A stretch of DNA of 24,000 nt, taken from positions 23,441-47,440 of the forward strand of contig NZ_KB906975.1 of NCBI RefSeq assembly GCF_000381745.1. Reading direction: 5' to 3'. The notes under the pieces were generated by a model. It saw only the letters and a program-made list of their open reading frames with translations. It searched no databases and was not told the origin of the DNA. Below are positions 1-22,241 of this stretch, piece after piece. Position 1 is the first letter of the stretch. Each line of letters opens with the position of its first letter. Made by a program: the position numbers and the translations under genes. Source of the DNA: Psychromonas ossibalaenae ATCC BAA-1528. GTDB lineage: Bacteria > Pseudomonadota > Gammaproteobacteria > Enterobacterales > Psychromonadaceae.

Positions 1-1533
1 GAGGGGGAAAGAGCCTCACAAGACTGGATATGGCTGGATAAGTGGCAGCGCTGGCAGGATGCCGCTGCAGGTTATCAGCTTGCTGAGCAGACGGTCAGCA
101 TGATTAAAACAAGCGCGGATCCGGCTCTGCTGGTGGATATTAAAATCAATCTGCATACACCGCTGCCGACAACTGATATTCAAAGCCCCTATCATGGTTT
201 GAAAATTGAAAACAGAGAAGCTGATTTTAAGGTTATTTCCCTGTTCGATTCAACGGTACTGGCGGATCGCGATTTTGTTTTAAACTGGTCTTTGCAGCAG
301 ACGGAGCAGGCTGAAAGCAGCGTTTTTGTACAGGAAAAGGCTGTCGGCAGTACGCTAGAGAAATACGGTTTAGTAATGATGGTGCCGCCGGCGATGCAGT
401 TCACTGAGAATGCACGTATTGCTAAAGAGGTTATCCTGGTGATTGATGTATCCGGTTCAATGTCCGGCACATCAATCGCACAGGCAAAATCAGCATTAAG
501 CTTCGCCGTTGATCAGCTTGCTGAGAATGATACTTTTAATATTATTGCCTTTAGTAATAATACAGAATTTTTTGCCGGCAATTCTCTGCCCGTTGACAAC
601 CGCAGCAGAATAATGGCTAAGAGCTTTATTAATCAGCTCCAGGCCGGCGGCGGCACCAATATGCAGGCGGCCTTAAACGATGCCCTGTCCGAACAGCGTA
701 CCGTTTATCCTAATGAGCACAAAGATCTGCGTCAGGTACTATTTATTACCGATGCCAGTATCAGTAACGAAGAGCAGTTATTAACTCAGATTAAGCAGCA
801 GCTGGGGGCAAGCCGTTTATTTATGGTAGGTATCGGATCGGCGCCTAACCATTATTTTATGAAAAGCAGTGCGCAATTGGGGCGCGGTACCTATACCAGT
901 ATTGGTGATGTTAATGAGGTACGCTCGAAAATGTCGGCATTGTTTACGCAGCTTTCAGCACCGGTATTGCGTGATATTAAACTGACCTGGGAAAACGGCA
1001 GCGAGGTGGATTACTGGCCGAAGCCGCTAACGGATCTCTATCAGGGTGAGCCGCTTCAGGTGGTGATGAAAATACCGTCGGGTGAAAATAAACTGCAGGT
1101 TTCCGGATTGAAAGTTGAAAACGGCGCAGCTCAAAAATGGACACAGGTATTGAGTCTAGATCAGGAGCAAAATGGCGCCGGCATTGATATTTTATGGGCA
1201 AAAGAGCAGATAGACAGTATTGAACTTAACCGTGAGCTGCCCGTTAGTGAGAAAAAACAGCTGATCACAGCGTTAGGGCTTAACTACCATATTGTCACTA
1301 AACACACCAGTCTGGTGGCTGTTGAACAGCAGGTAACTCGTCCGCTTATGTTAAGTAGTGTTGATAAACAGGTTAAAACGCATCTTCCTAAAGGTAATAC
1401 CATGAGCCTGCCGCAAACCGGATTAGGCAGCGGACTTTATCTGCGTATCGCTCTAATGCTGCTGTTATCTGCTGCTGTATTGTGGGCTGCTGAACGTCTG
1501 CTGAGACCTGGTATCTCAGAGCCGCGGGCTTAG
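1..1533 (+). CDS. VWA-domain marine proteobacterial sortase target protein, LPQTG C-terminus, 5' truncated by window edge
   Basis: The frame is open upstream of the listed ATG(100) to base 1 (EGERASQDWIWLDKWQRWQDAAAGYQLLAEQTVS...). MIDAS-like DVSGSMSG is present. The C-terminus is LPQTG (1408-1422), then a hydrophobic helix and basic tail. A sortase gene follows directly. Confidence 0.92.
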   Translation, partial: EGERASQDWIWLDKWQRWQDAAAGYQLAEQTVSMIKTSADPALLVDIKINLHTPLPTTDIQSPYHGLKIENREADFKVISLFDSTVLADRDFVLNWSLQQTEQAESSVFVQEKAVGSTLEKYGLVMMVPPAMQFTENARIAKEVILVIDVSGSMSGTSIAQAKSALSFAVDQLAENDTFNIIAFSNNTEFFAGNSLPVDNRSRIMAKSFINQLQAGGGTNMQAALNDALSEQRTVYPNEHKDLRQVLFITDASISNEEQLLTQIKQQLGASRLFMVGIGSAPNHYFMKSSAQLGRGTYTSIGDVNEVRSKMSALFTQLSAPVLRDIKLTWENGSEVDYWPKPLTDLYQGEPLQVVMKIPSGENKLQVSGLKVENGAAQKWTQVLSLDQEQNGAGIDILWAKEQIDSIELNRELPVSEKKQLITALGLNYHIVTKHTSLVAVEQQVTRPLMLSSVDKQVKTHLPKGNTMSLPQTGLGSGLYLRIALMLLLSAAVLWAAERLLRPGISEPRA

Positions 1534-1542
1534 GAGGTTTCT

Positions 1543-2172
1543 ATGAAAGGGTTATTAAAGCGCTTTTCCAGCAAAAATAGAAAGCAGCGCTTAACTGTAT
1601 TTCATAAACTGCTGCTGGTGATGGTGCTGGCTGCGCTGCTGCTGTTTAGTAAAGGCGCTTATATGCAGGGCAAAGCTTACCTTGCTCAGCAGCTTCTGAC
1701 CTTTGCCTGGGCTCGTCATCAACAGGATGGTGAGCTCTATAAGGCCTGGCCCTGGGCAGATAGTGCACCATTTGCGCAGTTAACAATTAATGAACAGGAG
1801 CCTTTGATTATTCTTTCCGGGGCAACCGGCAGTAATCTGGCTTTTGCGCCTGCCTGGATGGTTTCAAGTGCTGCTTTTAATCAAGGTGCCAACAGCGTAT
1901 TGGTCGGACACAATGATACGCATTTTAAACAGCTTGAGGATCTGCCGCCGGCAAGTTATATAACAATTAAGACTTATCCGCAGCTGCAGATGAGTTATCA
2001 GGTAGTCGCGACAAAAATCGTTAATGAAAAGGATCTGTCTGTGCTGGAAAACAGCGGCTTTGAAACGATAACCCTGATCACCTGTTATCCCTTTGATGCA
2101 GATATTATTAACAGTGATTTGCGGTTTGTGGTGATCGCTAAAAGGGTCCAGCAAAAGGAAACGGGAGTTTGA
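1543..2172 (+). CDS. Class GN-type (marine proteobacterial) sortase
   Basis: N-terminal TM; VGHNDTHF histidine motif; TLITCYPF catalytic Cys motif; downstream Arg. It directly follows the LPQTG protein. RBS GGAGG sits upstream of the ATG. Confidence 0.93.
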   Translation: MKGLLKRFSSKNRKQRLTVFHKLLLVMVLAALLLFSKGAYMQGKAYLAQQLLTFAWARHQQDGELYKAWPWADSAPFAQLTINEQEPLIILSGATGSNLAFAPAWMVSSAAFNQGANSVLVGHNDTHFKQLEDLPPASYITIKTYPQLQMSYQVVATKIVNEKDLSVLENSGFETITLITCYPFDADIINSDLRFVVIAKRVQQKETGV

Positions 2173-2262
2173 CTTGAAGCCGGTTTTGTAGTTTTTTACT
2201 TCCACATTACAACTTATTAAGGTGATAATGCTCCCTAATGGCAGTGAACAGGGAGTTGTATT

Positions 2263-2757
2263 TTGTCGTCTAAGTCTTTAAATCAGGGTTTTACACTTAT
2301 AGAATTAGTGGTTGTTATTATTATTCTCGGGGTGTTGTCTGCCGCCGCAGTACCAAAGTTCGTCTCCTTGTCTAAGGAGGCGAAAGTCAATGTGATCACC
2401 CAGATTAAAGTCAGTGTCAAAACGGCCAACGACTTTATGTTTCTTAAATCCCATATGCCAAGTTATGCCGCCCAGCCTGTGCCTAATCGTGATGATCTGA
2501 TTGATGTTGATACCAATGGTGACGGTAGTTATGATACCCGTTTAAAATGGAATTATTTAGATAATACTGATATCGAAAAGCGTATCGATATTTCCGATGA
2601 TTTTGCGATTGAATATCAAGGTATTGAATATACCTATCTTGGTTATGATACGGATAATGATAATCAGGTGCAGGATAATAACTGTTATTTTAAATATACC
2701 CAGGCATCAGCTCTAGGTGTGCCGCCAGGTTACAGCATTGAAGACAGCGGCTGTTAG
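2263..2757 (+). CDS. Type IV prepilin-like protein (MSHA-type pilin)
   Basis: QG^FTLIELVVVIIILGVLSAAAVPKFVSLSKEAK is a canonical prepilin peptidase site and pilin helix. Predicted TTG start with GGGAG about 8 nt upstream. Confidence 0.85.
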   Translation: MSSKSLNQGFTLIELVVVIIILGVLSAAAVPKFVSLSKEAKVNVITQIKVSVKTANDFMFLKSHMPSYAAQPVPNRDDLIDVDTNGDGSYDTRLKWNYLDNTDIEKRIDISDDFAIEYQGIEYTYLGYDTDNDNQVQDNNCYFKYTQASALGVPPGYSIEDSGC

Positions 2758-2766
2758 CTGCTTAAT

Positions 2767-2802
2767 AAAAAACCCGAAAAGATAAATCTCAGCGGGCTTT
2801 TT
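2767..2802. terminator. Bidirectional intrinsic terminator between convergent prepilin and ygjK copy 1
   Basis: AAAAAACCCG-N16-CGGGCTTTTT, a stem with one bulge, T-run on either strand. Confidence 0.65.
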
Positions 2803-2823
2803 CGTTAAATATTCGAATATTTA

Positions 2824-5217
<2,394 letters not shown>

Positions 5218-5968
5218 TTAGTGGCAGATTGTTATCTGTTTTTATTTTTCTCCGTCACCTTTTATTGATGAGTGGAGGTGGTTTTTTTTGTCATAATAAA
5301 TCTCCATTTTTACCCATGTTCATGCTCTAAGACCGGCATCAATTTACTTTCAAATTAGATTGTTGTTAACCTGAAAATTTCCATATCGACGAATTATCAA
5401 TCAGATAATTAAACCGGACCAGCAGTGTGGTTTTGACCCACTGACTATGAACACTGGAGCAGAAAAGGCCAAGTAGATTAATGTAACGGAATGTAACATC
5501 ATGCGTGATGTAACCTTTTGGTTTTAAATGACTTTTGCTGTCTCTCGTTGATTATTAGATTACCTTTTTACGGCCGATCAAAAAGTTGCCAATGTATTTC
5601 AAATGACCTCTGTTGTTGATATGTTATGGTTAGTAAATAGTCAACTCGTAATTCCCTTTATTCTTACGGGGGGCGTATTTAATAGTGATAAGCAGATCAA
5701 AAAAAAGAGTTTTATTTGCTTGTTTTTTCAGCGATGTTAAGGGGGTGTTACAGGGATGTAGGGCTTAGTTAGAATCTCTTTGGTATCACTAAAATGGCAA
5801 CTACATACAGGGGGGGGATCGCTATTGATTTGCTAGAACTTGAATAGTGAAAATCGTCTATTTATCTGTTTTTAACAATTTAAACTCAAAGTAAAAAAAT
5901 GAACAAAATAAAAAATATATTGAGATAAAACTGTGGAAGAAAAAGCTTAATTATAAGGGAATTACGTT

Positions 5969-6073
5969 ATGTCATATCACATAACTCGTTTTACAACATT
6001 ATATATAGGAGGCTTATACGTTTCATTTATTATTCCAATCTGTGTCATCATGGTGCTGCTAAAGAACAATTAA
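5969..6073 (+). CDS. Possible 34-aa single-TM small protein MSYHITRFTTLYIGGLYVSFIIPICVIMVLLKNN
   Basis: ATG preceded by AAGGGA at 5955-5960; strongly hydrophobic central segment with a short polar tail. Not in the supplied ORF track. Confidence 0.4.
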   Translation: MSYHITRFTTLYIGGLYVSFIIPICVIMVLLKNN

Positions 6074-6856
6074 TGAAGGTAAATCTAGGGGGTAATTAGC
6101 AAAATAAACTATCCGAACGCAGGTTAAATAAAGTCAGAAATTGTGTTTGCCAGGGGATGTCTACCTTAATAATCTGTCATTCCTGTTTAGTGCCATTTCT
6201 ACTGAAATGACACTGGTTTTTGAACACTATCAATTAATGCAATGCGCTTTTAGGTATAGGAATTCAACACCTTATTGGGTATTTCTGTCGGCTGCCATGT
6301 ATCCCCGGTCCTATCTAACCTCATCACCCGTTCCTGCTTGTCATAGGTATTTAATATATGAAGCCTTTGAAAGCAGTGCCTCTCGCATACCTTTGCTGAT
6401 TGAACTATAGGCATGCCTGAACTTAGCTGTAAGTCACCTGAGAGGTGTGAAAAAGAGAAGTGATAATTTTTTAGCCAATAACATAATACCTATATTGACG
6501 GCTCAAACTGCCGATAAATTTAAACTGAAAATCAGAAATCTCCGTTTTAAAAACACCCTGCAAATTTGGAATTGTACCTCTTCAAAATTTAAAGATGCGA
6601 TTGAGGTTATTTAATATTTTTCTTTTTAACTGCTGGTAATCAAGTTGAAAACAGAGCCGGGCGTGTTGACCCTGGGGGGGAAGAGAGGCATTGAAAGCAT
6701 TGGCGCAAAGCCACTTTGACTGCAAACACCTTCTCTGTAGAGGTTTCTAGTGCTTCAAGGTTATGGTGTAAGCGCTGCTCTGACTGGGAGTTAACAACTT
6801 TAGATCGTGTACGGTTTCTTGGGGCTGTTTCTAGTTATTCTGTGGCTGCTGGTTTT

Positions 6857-6897
6857 GCAGTAGTGGAAACTACTTTTCAAAGAGTCTCCACTACTGC
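6857..6897. repeat. Inverted repeat, 11-bp perfect arms, 19-nt loop
   Basis: GCAGTAGTGGA ... TCCACTACTGC. Confidence 0.7.
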
Positions 6898-6905
6898 GTT
6901 AAGCA

Positions 6906-6928
6906 AGTACCAATAGGGTATTGGTACT
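6906..6928. repeat. Hairpin immediately beyond the stop codon of ygjI copy 1, 10-bp perfect arms, 3-nt loop
   Basis: AGTACCAATA ggg TATTGGTACT. It is followed on + by GTTATTTTGTTATTTTG. It may be a transcript 3' end element, but the minus-strand downstream side is not T-rich. Confidence 0.65.
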
Positions 6929-6937
6929 GTTATTTTG

Positions 6938-8383
<1,446 letters not shown>

Positions 8384-8452
8384 TTATAAAAAATTTAGTT
8401 AGATTTAGCGGCTCGATCACTGCTGATAAAAGCCGCCGTGTTATGCAAAAAA

Positions 8453-8904
8453 TTATTTGTTTAAAAAGTAACCATCTTCAACGGTCACTTTAAGCACGAC
8501 TTTACGTACCCGGCTGTCACCGTGAAAACGATAGGCTTTGTTATTGTCAAAAACGGCAACTTGTCCTTGAGACAGTTTTTGTGATTGTCCCTGTCCACGT
8601 AGAAACTCCCGGTCAGTTTCATCTTGATAAGCATGCTTTATATCTAGCGCATCTTTATCCGCAGTCTCGACTGACTCGCCACCTTCAAGGTAATAATGGA
8701 CATCAAAGTAACGTCGGTTAGCAATGAAATCTGAAGTGTTTTCGGCAACACCATCCTGGATCATGTATACCAGAGAATCACCAATCGAATACATAACGCC
8801 GTCTTTTAGTTTTTCTAAATTTTCAATTGCTTCAATACAACGATTCCATTTACGACCGTCGCGGTAAACTTCTTTAAACTGTGTTAAATCATCTAAAATA
8901 ATCA

Positions 8905-8905
<1 letters not shown>
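8453..8905 (-). CDS. ebgC: EbgC, beta subunit of evolved beta-galactosidase (YhcH/YjgK/YiaL, DUF386 family)
   Basis: IGDSLVYMIQDGVAENTSDFIANRRYFDVHYYLEG, YQDETDREFLRGQG and KVVLKVTVEDGYFLNK match remembered E. coli EbgC. The start overlaps the ebgA stop by 1 nt (TAATG). Confidence 0.96.
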
Positions 8906-12045
<3,140 letters not shown>

Positions 12046-12067
12046 TTAACTAAAACTTTAACTAAAT
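12046..12067. promoter_or_regulatory. Candidate EbgR-family operator repeats upstream of ebgA
   Basis: TTAACTAAA(12046-12054) and TTTAACTAAAT(12057-12067), centres 12 bp apart. A third related TTTTAACTAG lies at 12089-12098. Confidence 0.35.
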
Positions 12068-12455
12068 ATAATGGGTGTGTTTAATAGATTTTAACTAGAT
12101 CACATTTTTAATGGTAACGCGCGCTTAAAGCATCGTTATTTGTCGCTTTAATGCTTATGACAATAAAAGATAAACAGGATCTAGAAAGGTTGTGCTGACA
12201 GTGAGAGGGGTAATAGAGCAGGCTAGATAAATATCCTTTCTGCTCTAGGTTATTAAGTGAGCGGGAGATCATAATTATCCCAATCCCACTAATTAAATGA
12301 TCTGCTTAGGTGTAGGAAAAAGGAGTGAACGCAAGGCGTTTATTGCAGTAACTGGTTGGTCTAATTGAAATTGACAACCAGCATAAATGAATAGAAATTA
12401 ATGGATTGGGTATTGTACCCAGCCGCCTGCAGATACACCTGCAAGTGGTTTGGGT

Positions 12456-13448
<993 letters not shown>

Positions 13449-13526
13449 TTATTCTCCAACAGGTAAGTTTCTCATTTATTTGCAGTTATTCTACTCAGAA
13501 AATGAAAAATGTGATACTCAAACCTT

Positions 13527-13563
13527 GTTTTAGTAAAGTTATTTGCTTTTGTTTTTAGTAAAT
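13527..13563. promoter_or_regulatory. Candidate operators upstream of ebgR copy 1
   Basis: GTTTTAGTAAAG(13527-13538) and TTTTTAGTAAAT(13552-13563), centres 25 bp apart; reverse complement of the TTTACTAAAA motif near ebgR copy 2. Confidence 0.4.
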
Positions 13564-13833
13564 GACTTATGTCTGACCGCTATATAGCCCAACCATTTGA
13601 GTATGATGATGATGCTTTACAGGGCAGGGGGTCAATGTGAAAAACGTTGTGAAGTGCACTGTATTCAGATCATCTGAGACTGTCTAAGGTGATCCTGCTG
13701 TTGTACGGGTTAACTCAACCCCTGATATATTGAAAGCTACTCCACTGATGAAACCTGTTTTTCTATTCAAATATTTTATGATGACGCTTATCTTATCCAT
13801 GTGCAGATTGTCTGTCACTGTTAAATAACGGAT

Positions 13834-13866
13834 AAAAAAAAGCCCGCTTGATTTATTAGCGGGCTT
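13834..13866 (-). terminator. Intrinsic terminator of ygjK copy 2
   Basis: Minus strand AAGCCCGC-TAATAAATCAA-GCGGGCTT followed by a T run (TTTTTT). Confidence 0.88.
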
Positions 13867-13888
13867 GAACAGCTTTTAGGAGGCTTAT

Positions 13889-16309
<2,421 letters not shown>

Positions 16310-16322
16310 TTATTCCTCGTTA

Positions 16323-17405
<1,083 letters not shown>

Positions 17406-17466
17406 TTACTGCACCGAAAGTTTGTTAATTGTTTGTTAATGTTTGCGAAATTAATGCCGTGTTTTA

Positions 17467-17799
<333 letters not shown>

Positions 17800-17929
17800 C
17801 TAATGCCTCTGTATTAAAAAGCGTTTATAGCTATTTTATGTTTAAATTCAGATAGTAATGGAGTTGTAGTAGATGCATAATGTATGGCTTTATATTTAAG
17901 CTATGTCTCTATTACCATCTAGGTACAAT

Positions 17930-18030
17930 GTTTTACTAAAACGTAATGTAAACTTTTACTAATCTCTTGTAAAGGTGGCTGGGGTATATCTGGTTAAAAA
18001 ATGTGAAGTTAGTTAAAGTTTTACTAAAAT
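17930..18030. promoter_or_regulatory. Candidate EbgR-family operator cluster in the divergent ygjH/ebgR copy 2 intergenic region
   Basis: GTTTTACTAAAAC(17930-17942), CTTTTACTAAT(17953-17963) and GTTTTACTAAAAT(18018-18030). The first is an odd palindrome around one central base. Confidence 0.5.
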
Positions 18031-18081
18031 CTTGTTTTTGGTGAGCCGGGTGTTTATCATTGACTTAATATTTAATACTGA

Positions 18082-19080
<999 letters not shown>

Positions 19081-19107
19081 TGATAGCGGTGCTGATGCGC
19101 TCGGTTG

Positions 19108-19137
19108 AAGGGATAAGTGCATACTTATCCCTTTTTT
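19108..19137 (+). terminator. Intrinsic terminator of ebgR copy 2
   Basis: AAGGGATAAGT-gcat-ACTTATCCCTT + TTTT; 11-bp perfect stem. Confidence 0.93.
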
Positions 19138-19294
19138 GTGTCCGTGATAACGCCTGCTGTCTTTTATATATACCCGTTAGATCTTTAATTTCATGCTTAG
19201 AACCTGCTCACTTATCTACTTACTGATTTTGATATTTCAATATACACTGTCTAATCATTACTATTCAGATTAGAGTCAATTGCTGCTTGTCGTC

Positions 19295-19334
19295 ATTTTT
19301 CATAACCATTTGATTTCAAATGGTTATGAAAAAT
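19295..19334. repeat. Perfect inverted repeat, 19-bp arms, 2-nt spacer
   Basis: ATTTTTCATAACCATTTGA tt TCAAATGGTTATGAAAAAT. Confidence 0.9.
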
Positions 19335-19375
19335 AGTTTGTGACTATCTTCACGGAAAGCGTTTGTTTATATATT

Positions 19376-19398
19376 ATTTAGTAAAAACATTACTAAAC
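19376..19398. promoter_or_regulatory. Candidate operator pair upstream of ygjI copy 2
   Basis: ATTTAGTAAAA(19376-19386) and CATTACTAAAC(19388-19398), in opposite orientations. Confidence 0.4.
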
Positions 19399-19482
19399 TG
19401 CGTGCCGTTGGTTAACAATTCTGGATCATAATGTTGAACCCTTATCTTCAGCTGCTGTTTTTAATCTTAAATGATGAAACGG

Positions 19483-19499
19483 TAATCTTGTCAAGATTA
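19483..19499. promoter_or_regulatory. Odd palindrome upstream of ygjI copy 2, possible regulator site
   Basis: TAATCTTG t CAAGATTA, 8-bp perfect arms. Confidence 0.4.
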
Positions 19500-19548
19500 T
19501 CCCGCACTGTGTTGGGTACCGCGATAGTATTCTTAGCCTGCCATCTAA

Positions 19549-21000
<1,452 letters not shown>

Positions 21001-21020
21001 TTCGACTTAGGCTGCATAAC

Positions 21021-21048
21021 AAAAAACCGCATATTAATACGGTTTTTT
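21021..21048. terminator. Bidirectional terminator between convergent ygjI copy 2 and nspC
   Basis: AAAAAACCG-CATATTAATA-CGGTTTTTT. Confidence 0.85.
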
Positions 21049-21076
21049 GTATCTGCTTTATCTGTTAATAAGATAG

Positions 21077-22207
21077 TTAAACTTTTCCTAGACTGCCTTT
21101 AAAGTCCTGGTAGCCGAACTCATTTAATAACTCAATCTGACCATTACGACGCTGATAATAAATACTCGGCATTTTCAGGCCGTTAAACCAGTTAAGTTTA
21201 ACCATGGTATAACCGGCGGAATCCATTAAATGCAGTTTCTGACCGATCTCAAGCGGCTGTTCGAACTGCGTTTCGCAGAACTGATCACCCGCTAAACATG
21301 AGCATGAGCCGATCACATAGGGAAATTTGCCCTGCTGCGCAGCTTCACGTACCGAAGCCGGTTCATTATAGATTAAGGTATCTAAGCGGTGCGCTTCGGT
21401 TGCGCTGTCTACGATCGCCGTTTTCTTGTCGTTTTCAACAATATCAATGACGCTGACCACTAAGTCGGTAGTGCGGGTAATAATCGCTTCACCGGGCTCT
21501 AAATAGAGTTGTATATTATGCTTTTTACTAAAGGCTTTTAATGCCAGTCCGAGTTTTTCAATAGGGTAACCAGGATAGGTAAAGAAGATACCACCGCCTA
21601 AACTTAACCATTTAAGCTCATTCAGATAGTCAGAAAAGGTTGCAGATATGTGATCTAAAATCGCGATAAAGGTGCCTGCATCTTTGTTTTCACAATTCAT
21701 ATGAAACATAAAACCATCAACTTTATCAAGAACTGAAATATCAAGCAGATCCTGTTTTACACCTAAACGTGAATACGGCCTTGCCGGGTTAGCTAAATCC
21801 TGTCCGGCAACACTGCGCTCCGGGTTAATACGCAGACCTAATGAAGCACTGTCTGCACAGGTCTTATAGTGCGCTTCAAGCTGCGACAGGGAGTTGAAGA
21901 TGATTTTATCGGCCAGCGGTTTAACTGTTTCGATATCCGCTTTTGAATAACCCACGCTGTAAGCATGTGTTTCACCGCCGAAGGTTTCATGACCTAATTT
22001 TACTTCATAAGGGCCGGAGCTGGTGGTGCCGTCTAAATAAGGCTTGATGGTATCGAAGGTGCCCCAGGTTGAAAAACATTTTAACGCTAAGACCAGTTTA
22101 GCCCCGGAAATTTCTTTAAGCTGCTTGGCTTTTTCAAGGTTTTCAATGAGCTTTGCTTCATCGATCATAAAGTAGGGGGTATTCAGATTCGTTTCATTAA
22201 CAATCAT
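21077..22207 (-). CDS. nspC: Carboxynorspermidine decarboxylase
   Basis: Fold III PLP decarboxylase motifs: [84 protein letters not shown]. Next to the dehydrogenase gene. Confidence 0.94.
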   Translation of the reverse strand: MIVNETNLNTPYFMIDEAKLIENLEKAKQLKEISGAKLVLALKCFSTWGTFDTIKPYLDGTTSSGPYEVKLGHETFGGETHAYSVGYSKADIETVKPLADKIIFNSLSQLEAHYKTCADSASLGLRINPERSVAGQDLANPARPYSRLGVKQDLLDISVLDKVDGFMFHMNCENKDAGTFIAILDHISATFSDYLNELKWLSLGGGIFFTYPGYPIEKLGLALKAFSKKHNIQLYLEPGEAIITRTTDLVVSVIDIVENDKKTAIVDSATEAHRLDTLIYNEPASVREAAQQGKFPYVIGSCSCLAGDQFCETQFEQPLEIGQKLHLMDSAGYTMVKLNWFNGLKMPSIYYQRRNGQIELLNEFGYQDFKGSLGKV

Positions 22208-22241
22208 AGGGCAGTCTTTTTGCAGGTTGGAAAATAAAAAG

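Noticed and set aside
100-1533. ATG at 100 as the true start of the sortase substrate gene
   Set aside because: The frame is open to base 1 with protein-like sequence and the N-terminal domain would be missing; the start lies outside the window.
6141-6410. 89-aa ORF in the large gap
   Set aside because: No recognisable domain, no clear RBS, odd composition; probably a chance ORF. A homology search would be needed to revive it.
6716-6916. 66-aa plus-strand ORF, Ser/Val-rich
   Set aside because: It overlaps the inverted repeat and stops in the terminal hairpin; no family resemblance.
12407-12421. TGGGTA-ttg-TACCCA downstream of ebgR copy 1 as a terminator
   Set aside because: Stem is short and there is no minus-strand T run; support is too weak to call.
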